From: Syntrophorhabdaceae bacterium
GTDB taxonomy: Bacteria; Desulfobacterota; Syntrophorhabdia; Syntrophorhabdales; Syntrophorhabdaceae
Assembly (NCBI GenBank): GCA_963665295.1
Contig: OY762209.1
Span: 512,001-576,000, forward strand
Direction of reading: 5' to 3'
DNA: 64,000 bases
How positions within the stretch are numbered: position 1 is the first letter of the stretch; the number at the start of each line of letters is the position of its first letter. The notes below the pieces were generated by a model. It saw nothing but the letters and a program-made list of their open reading frames with translations. It was not told where the DNA came from and ran no database searches. Made by a program: the position numbers and the translations under genes. Below are positions 58,027 to 64,000 of this stretch, piece by piece.

Positions 58027-59793
58027 TTAGTTTTTTGCCACCGCATCGAACTTGCAGGTTTCAAAACACTTGCCGCACTTTACGCAGAGGGCAGTATTGA
58101 TCTCATGAACCTTCTTCTTCTCGCCGGTTATTGCCTCCACGGGACATGCCTTGGCGCAGGCCATGCAACCCTTGCATTTATCCGCCAGTATCCCGTAGGT
58201 CAGGAGCGCCGAACAACTGTGGGCCGGACATTTCTTGTCGTGGATGTGGGCCTCGTATTCTTCAGGGAAATATTTGAGGGTGGTGAGAACGGGGTTGGGC
58301 GCGGTCTGGCCGAGGCCGCAGATCGTGTTGTTCTTGATCTCGTAAGCGAGGTTCCTGAGGAGATCCACGTCGCCCGCCTGTCCGTTGCCTTCCGTGATCC
58401 TCTCCAGGATCTCCAGCATGCGTTTCGTTCCGATGCGGCAGAAGGTGCACTTCCCGCACGATTCTTCCTGGGTGAAGGTGAGGAAGAACTTGGCCATTTC
58501 GACCATGCAGGTAGTCTCGTCCATAACCACGAGACCGCCGGAGCCCATGATGGCGCCTGTCTTGTTGATCTGCTGGTAGTCGATCTGCAGGTCACCCATG
58601 GATGCGGGGATACACCCGCCGGAAGGACCTCCCATCTGCACTGCCTTGAATTTCTTGTTGTCTTTTATGCCGCCGCCTATGTCGTAGACGATCTCGTTGA
58701 TCGTAATACCCATGGGGACTTCGGCAAGGCCTCCCCTTGCAATCTTACCCGCCAGGGCAAAGACTTTTGTCCCTTTGCTGTCGTTGGTTCCCATGGATGA
58801 GAAGGCTTCCGCCCCGTTAAGTATGATCCACGCCAGATTGGCGAAGGTTTCCACGTTGTTGATGTTGGTGGGCTTTCCCCATAGACCGCTGTTCGCAGGG
58901 AAAGGCGGCCTGAACCGGGGCATCCCTCTTTTGCCTTCGATGGATGCAATAAGGGCCGTCTCTTCACCGCACACGAAGGCGCCCGCCCCTTCCTTGATCT
59001 TGATGGAGAAGTTGAAGTTTGAGCCGAAGATGTTCTTGCCGAGGAACCCCCTCGACAGGGCGGTTCTGATGGAGTCCTTGAGGCGCTTCACCGCTTTCGG
59101 GTACTCCGCCCTCACGTATATGTAGCCTTCGTCCGCGCCGATGGCGTAGGCGCAGATCATCATGCCTTCCAGCACGGAGTGGGGATCGCTCTCCAGGGTG
59201 CTGCGGTCCATGAACGCGCCGGGATCGCCTTCATCGGCATTACAGATGATGTACTTCTTGTCTCCCGCGGCCTGCCTGCAGAACTTCCACTTGAGGCCTG
59301 TAAGGAACCCGCCGCCGCCCCTGCCTCTCAGTCCCGAATTCGAAATGATCTCTATGACCTTTTCCGGTGTATATTCTGTGAGGACCTTTTGGATCGCTTT
59401 GTAGCCATCCACCGCCATATATTCATCGATAGAATTGGGGTCGATAATCCCGCAATTCCTGAGCACGATCTTATGCTGTTTACTGAGGAAGGAGTCGTCT
59501 TCCGAAGGGCCGGAATTCTTTACGACCCATTCCCTGACCGGGGTGTTACCCACTACATGCTCGGTCATTATCCTTTTCGCCTTTTCAGGCGTTACATCGC
59601 CATAGAGGAAGGAATGGCTCTCTTCGTCGATCACCTCTATAAGGGGCTCGCGGTAACACATCCCGCAGCATCCGGTCTCCTTGAGAAGAACCTGGATATT
59701 CTGTTTCTCGATTTCGTCCTTTATGGCCTCATAAGTCTTATCTCCACCCGCAGATACGCCGCACGTCCCAAGTCCGACTTTTATTGTCTTCAT
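58027..59793 (-). CDS. NuoF/HydB/StnB-like NADH-binding flavoprotein
   Basis: SGLRGRGGGGF, CNADEGDPGAFMDR, GAFVCGEETAL, SCGKCTFC, C-terminal 2x[4Fe-4S]. Confidence 0.92.
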   Translation of the reverse strand: MKTIKVGLGTCGVSAGGDKTYEAIKDEIEKQNIQVLLKETGCCGMCYREPLIEVIDEESHSFLYGDVTPEKAKRIMTEHVVGNTPVREWVVKNSGPSEDDSFLSKQHKIVLRNCGIIDPNSIDEYMAVDGYKAIQKVLTEYTPEKVIEIISNSGLRGRGGGGFLTGLKWKFCRQAAGDKKYIICNADEGDPGAFMDRSTLESDPHSVLEGMMICAYAIGADEGYIYVRAEYPKAVKRLKDSIRTALSRGFLGKNIFGSNFNFSIKIKEGAGAFVCGEETALIASIEGKRGMPRFRPPFPANSGLWGKPTNINNVETFANLAWIILNGAEAFSSMGTNDSKGTKVFALAGKIARGGLAEVPMGITINEIVYDIGGGIKDNKKFKAVQMGGPSGGCIPASMGDLQIDYQQINKTGAIMGSGGLVVMDETTCMVEMAKFFLTFTQEESCGKCTFCRIGTKRMLEILERITEGNGQAGDVDLLRNLAYEIKNNTICGLGQTAPNPVLTTLKYFPEEYEAHIHDKKCPAHSCSALLTYGILADKCKGCMACAKACPVEAITGEKKKVHEINTALCVKCGKCFETCKFDAVAKN

Positions 59794-59799
59794 CCTTCA

Positions 59800-60306
59800 T
59801 CACTCTCCCTTTGAGTTCTCTTTATATTCCTTGAGCAGTTGCTGAACCTTCTTCGTGGTGAGCCGCCCGTAGGTCTCATCGTTGATCATGAGCACCGGTG
59901 AAAGAGAGCAGCACCCGAGGCACGCAACCTTTTGCACGGTAAAGAGTCCGTCGTCCGTTGTCTCATTATTGCCCAGCTGCAACTCGCTCTCGAGGGTCCT
60001 GATGATGCCCGTGGAAGCGTTCACATGACAGGCCGTGCCGTCGCAGACCTTGATAATGTTCTTCCCCATCGGTTTCAGGCGGAACTGGGAGTAAAACGTG
60101 ATGACTCCGTAGATGTCGGCGGAGGGAATGCCCACGACCTCGCTGATGTGGTCGATCGCCGATTCCGGGATGTAGCCGTACGTCTCCTGAGCAGACTGAA
60201 GAAGAGGTATGAGGGCCCCCTTCTCGCCCTGGTATTTCCAGAGCTCGATCTTGAAATTGGAAAAACCGTTGCTGACTTGATCTTTCTTCGCGTTTTCGAT
60301 AGCCAT
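59800..60306 (-). CDS. NuoE/HydC/StnA-like 2Fe-2S subunit
   Basis: VCDGTACH...CLGCC. Confidence 0.92.
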   Translation of the reverse strand: MAIENAKKDQVSNGFSNFKIELWKYQGEKGALIPLLQSAQETYGYIPESAIDHISEVVGIPSADIYGVITFYSQFRLKPMGKNIIKVCDGTACHVNASTGIIRTLESELQLGNNETTDDGLFTVQKVACLGCCSLSPVLMINDETYGRLTTKKVQQLLKEYKENSKGE

Positions 60307-60458
60307 TTCTACTCTCCCCTAATGAAATGTAATCGCATGGCGCCAGGGTGGATGCACACCAGCCTTGTTACGGCAAAACTCCGCCCTGGAAGCCTGCCTG
60401 AACAGGGCCCCCGGGGCGAAGTAGTAATTGGATTAACGTTAAAGCAGCTCTCTCCGTA

Positions 60459-61457
60459 TCACGCCTCAAACAGCGTGATGATGGGCCATTCCTTGATGCG
60501 CAGCACGCCGTCAAGGGGTTTAAACTTGTTGCGGATGGTGTTCTCAATCTCGCTGAAGCTGGTGCCCTTCATCAACGCAACGATATCATATTTTCCTCGC
60601 GTGAAATCACAATACACGACTTGGTCATTAAAGTAAAGTACTGGATATATGGATTCAAGTTTTTCCTTTTCAATCTCGAACATTACGTAAGACGATGCCC
60701 GGTTTCCGGCGGCCTGCACCTCGCCTCCCTCCTTGTCGCGCCCGAGGGCTTTATCGACGGAGCCCATAATGTTGACCACGTTTTCTCCGAACAACGGGGT
60801 CTCCACAGTAAGAAGTTGTGCGTCCGCGACACCGGGAACGCTCTTTATCTGTTTCTCCACTATTTCCTGAATCTTTTCGTTCGATTCCGCCTGCAGGAGG
60901 AGGACCAGGTCATGGTCGCCCCGCACCGCGTCACAGTATAACACATTTTCCTGAAAATAGAGCTTTCTGTATACATCCATCAGGTTAGCGTCTTCGGCCA
61001 CGGTCACGAGGGCGTAGTTTGTCACGGACTCGGGGGCCACCGCGGATTTCCTCAGCGTCTCCTCTTGATCGGTCTTTGCGCCGGCCGGCGGTATGGCGGC
61101 GAGCACCTTCTCGAGGTCATCCATGGTGAAGGGTTTTTCCAGGTAGCCGTCGGCCTTCTGGAACCGCACTTCCTCCGCCGTGCCTTCGCTGCCGTATCCC
61201 GTAATGACGATAACGGGAAGGTCAGGATAGTTGAACTTGATCACCTTCAAAAGTTTGAGCCCGTCGATGTCGGGGAGCCTCACATCCACTATGGCGTAGT
61301 CGAGGGGCACCTGTTTCTTCTTGAGGGTTTCCAGGGTCTGCAACGCCTTCATGCCGTTTTCGCAGGGCTCGGTATGGTAGCCTTTCTGCATGAGACCCAT
61401 AGTGACGCTTCTCCTCAAAGACGCTTCGTCATCGATAAGCAGTACATTCTTTTCCAT
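60459..61457 (-). CDS. Response regulator with two C-terminal Lrp/AsnC-like ligand-binding domains
   Basis: REC (LIDD, D.RLPD, KPF), then duplicated LYF...V.YCD..RG..D.V. Confidence 0.8.
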   Translation of the reverse strand: MEKNVLLIDDEASLRRSVTMGLMQKGYHTEPCENGMKALQTLETLKKKQVPLDYAIVDVRLPDIDGLKLLKVIKFNYPDLPVIVITGYGSEGTAEEVRFQKADGYLEKPFTMDDLEKVLAAIPPAGAKTDQEETLRKSAVAPESVTNYALVTVAEDANLMDVYRKLYFQENVLYCDAVRGDHDLVLLLQAESNEKIQEIVEKQIKSVPGVADAQLLTVETPLFGENVVNIMGSVDKALGRDKEGGEVQAAGNRASSYVMFEIEKEKLESIYPVLYFNDQVVYCDFTRGKYDIVALMKGTSFSEIENTIRNKFKPLDGVLRIKEWPIITLFEA

Positions 61458-61513
61458 GTCAGTTACTCCTTTGTTCCTTTATTGTGAAACTCTTTGCACA
61501 CGCCATACAATAT

Positions 61514-61529
61514 AGCAATAGTCGTGCCA
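61514..61529 (-). promoter_or_regulatory. Sigma54 -24/-12 promoter
   Basis: Minus strand TGGCACGACTATTGCT matches TGGCAC-N5-TTGC. Confidence 0.85.
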
Positions 61530-61594
61530 TAGGGTCAACAGTCGTAATTTCAATGTATTACAATGCCCTGTCTTTTTGTGAACACCGTGGCGAG

Positions 61595-61740
61595 TGATAA
61601 AATATTTAACGCATTATGCCTCAAAGCCAATACAGACAATATTATACGCAGGTGTTAAAAATACTTACATACGCCATAAATGGACGTTTCACTCTAACAC
61701 ACCGATATCATGAAACTTTACACTGTTAATATATTTAACA
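61595..61740. promoter_or_regulatory. Three 17 bp TGT-N11-ACA-like palindromes (candidate enhancer sites)
   Basis: tgataaaatatttaacg at 61595, tgttaaaaatacttaca at 61653, tgttaatatatttaaca at 61724. Confidence 0.6.
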
Positions 61741-61969
61741 TATCAAAATGTTACGGATACCCGGGAAGAGGGTCGGCGGCCGCTACCGCCTCCTCGACCC
61801 GATCCTTCCCGGCGTTATGGTCCGTCCTTTTTCGACCTTGCGCCCCATAACGTCTCCTTACGTCCGTCAACCGGCTGAGGCTCATCTTCCTTACCGGGGC
61901 CTCTTTATAAGGGTATGGGTTTGGGACCCGCAAAAAAAGCAACACGAGCCGGACTTCTTCTCCCGGTCC

Positions 61970-62752
61970 TTAAGGGGCCTTCTGTTCGGGCTTGAGGGTC
62001 GAGACGATCCTGTGCCTCACCTTTGCCCAGGAGCCGGTGGTAAGAAAACTCTCCTCCATGTCCGCCGTCATGGCGGCGAATTTCTTCATGGGGACGGCAA
62101 AGGTCATGAGGTCTTTGGGCACGCAGGGCCGGGCTGAAACGTCGAGCATGCCGATTACCCCTCTCGGATGGTCCGACATGCCCTCCACATATGGGTACTG
62201 GACGATGGTGGAGCATCCGGCTCCGAAGGGGCAGATCACGCCGTTCACATCCGGCTCGTCGTAATTGCACAGGGTAAAAAGGCCCGAAAGGACATCGGGG
62301 CGGGCAAAAAAGATCACCACGAGGGGTTCGTCGGCCTCCGTGAGGGCGCTCCAGGGCTTGAATACGATGAATTGCCCGGGGGCCGTGAAGGCAGGCTGCA
62401 TTTCCATGACTTCCGTAACGAGTTCCGGCGTCTTCTTGTAGCGCTCCCCTTCGAGTTCCCCCGGTATGCCGTGGGAAAGGAAGTATTCGAAGTTCGGCCT
62501 CAGTTGGGACGAAAAGCCGAGGTATCTCTTTCCGCCCTCACAACCGAGGGCGGCGGCGTTGAACTTGGCCGCCCTGCCCTTCCGCACTCCGGCGACATCG
62601 GCAAGAAAGCAGCGATGGGAGTCCGAGGATGCGGGCTTTGCGGTGCGCACTCCCGCCTCCTCGCCCGTGTACCAGAAGACGATGGGCTCCTCCGCCCCGT
62701 CGAAATACTTCTTCCACAGCGTTTCGAAACGGTCCTTCAAGATCATGTCCAT
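61970..62752 (-). CDS. DUF169-like protein
   Basis: C.GG..YLGF...GERYKKTPE...PFGAGC...D.SAR. Confidence 0.8.
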   Translation of the reverse strand: MDMILKDRFETLWKKYFDGAEEPIVFWYTGEEAGVRTAKPASSDSHRCFLADVAGVRKGRAAKFNAAALGCEGGKRYLGFSSQLRPNFEYFLSHGIPGELEGERYKKTPELVTEVMEMQPAFTAPGQFIVFKPWSALTEADEPLVVIFFARPDVLSGLFTLCNYDEPDVNGVICPFGAGCSTIVQYPYVEGMSDHPRGVIGMLDVSARPCVPKDLMTFAVPMKKFAAMTADMEESFLTTGSWAKVRHRIVSTLKPEQKAP

Positions 62753-62954
62753 AATACTGCCTCCCTTTCTCAAACGTTATTTCCCATATTAGTACGGAAG
62801 ACAGTCATTGCACAAGGGCCGTGACGGTTTTCTTTCATGATCGACGTGCATATATCACCTCCATGGGCGGGATAGGTTTGAGGGCGATAGAGCACGGGCG
62901 GATGACCTGAGCCCTCCCATAGAGAGACTGATTATTTTGGAATTTGGAGGACTC

Positions 62955-64000
62955 ATGAAAAGGACAGGCCTTTTTGGTGGAAGCATTCATATTTTGGACC
63001 CCCGTCAATGCAAACTCCTGCTCACCGGTCCTGTTCTGCTTTTCTTTCTCATTATCCTTTACGCCCTGCCCCTGTTCGCGGGCGGGTCCCTGACCGACCT
63101 GGGCGTTCTCACGGGAGGAGCCGCCTCGGAGGCTGCCGGCGTTTCAGCGGACGGCTCGGTCGTCGTCGGCTGGTCTACCGACGGCTCGGGTAACCCACGG
63201 GCCTTTTACTGGACTCAGGCGGGAGGGATGGTCGACCTCGCAGGGTCGGGCGCCATCTATTCGAAGGCCTTCGGCGTTTCGTCCGACGGCAACACCGTCG
63301 TGGGGACATGGACCGACAGCAGCAAGCAGCAGTGGCGGGCATTCCTCTGGACCAAGACGACGGGTATGCGTGACCTGGACATATTGTCCGGGACTTCTTC
63401 CTCCTCCGCGTACGGGGCATCCGGCCCTGCGGTCGTAGGCAGCCCGGCCGCGTGGCGATGGACAGAGGCGGGAGGCATGACGGACCTGAAGTCGGATAAC
63501 GCCTATGCCGTCTCCGCCGACGGAACCGTGGTGGCGGGCGGGGTGCTCCATGGGTGGCGATGGACAGAGGCGGGAGGCACGGTGAGCCTCGGCAGCCTGC
63601 CGGGAAAGACCTACTCGGCGGCCTACGCGATCTCGGCCGACGGCTCGTCCGTGGTGGGCGAATCGGGCACCGCGTTCCGGTGGACCGAGGCGGGAGGCAC
63701 GGTGAGCCTCGGGACATTGACGGGCGGAACGACCTCCACGGCCCTCGGGGCGTCTACGGACGGCTCCGTCGTAGTAGGGACGGCAACGGACTCCACGAGC
63801 GCCCGGCAGGCGTTCAGATGGACCGCCGCAGGTATGCAGACTGTTAAGGACTGGCTTACCGCCCATGGGGTCACCGTCGCCAATACCCTTGCATCAGCCG
63901 TCGCAACATCTTCCGACGGATACGCGATTGCCGGTCAAAACTCTAATAATCACGCCTACCTGGCCAAGGTAAACACCAAAGGAACCCTTACCCTCTCCAG
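62955..64000 (+). CDS. Secreted HAF-repeat protein (partial, runs off the window)
   Basis: GGAGG RBS, hydrophobic leader, repeated DLG.L.G...A.GVSADGSVVVG...RAF.WT. Absent from the ORF track because it has no stop. Confidence 0.85.
   Translation, partial: MKRTGLFGGSIHILDPRQCKLLLTGPVLLFFLIILYALPLFAGGSLTDLGVLTGGAASEAAGVSADGSVVVGWSTDGSGNPRAFYWTQAGGMVDLAGSGAIYSKAFGVSSDGNTVVGTWTDSSKQQWRAFLWTKTTGMRDLDILSGTSSSSAYGASGPAVVGSPAAWRWTEAGGMTDLKSDNAYAVSADGTVVAGGVLHGWRWTEAGGTVSLGSLPGKTYSAAYAISADGSSVVGESGTAFRWTEAGGTVSLGTLTGGTTSTALGASTDGSVVVGTATDSTSARQAFRWTAAGMQTVKDWLTAHGVTVANTLASAVATSSDGYAIAGQNSNNHAYLAKVNTKGTLTLS

Noticed and set aside
51159..59814. Long plus-strand ORFs (e.g. 52469-54184, 51159-52178)
   Set aside because: Antisense shadows of well-supported minus-strand genes in GC-rich DNA.

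Overview
The window has three parts. (1) 1-~12,900 is an AT-richer block whose genes look Patescibacteria/CPR-like. It is dominated by a giant minus-strand ORF (>3,540 aa, open to the window edge, missing from the ORF track) built from ~41 'GNVGIGTTxP' modules with internal DNA duplications. (2) ~12,960-30,595 is an integrative element ending at a tRNA-Arg(TCG). It carries DUF932, RadC/JAB, two replication-relaxation-like genes, a VirD4/TraD-like ATPase, excisionase-like HTHs, and a tyrosine integrase interrupted by two IS elements with intact target duplications. Its cargo is one co-oriented, partly translationally coupled run: SAM decarboxylase - GNAT - phage-type N6-adenine MTase - NYN - ubiquitin-like protein - E2 - JAB/E1 fusion. 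This is the best candidate for an undescribed system. (3) 30.7-64 kb is GC-richer host chromosome of an anaerobe (Syntrophorhabdus/Desulfobacterota-like by gene content; inference). It holds a Wzm/Wzt glycan cluster, TRAP transporters, TetR/acyl-CoA dehydrogenase with three operator palindromes, ferritin, and a sigma54-driven operon for an Stn-like (NuoE/NuoF/GltD-NuoG fusion) transhydrogenase with a two-component system. All family calls come from motif recognition by eye; no database searches were run.
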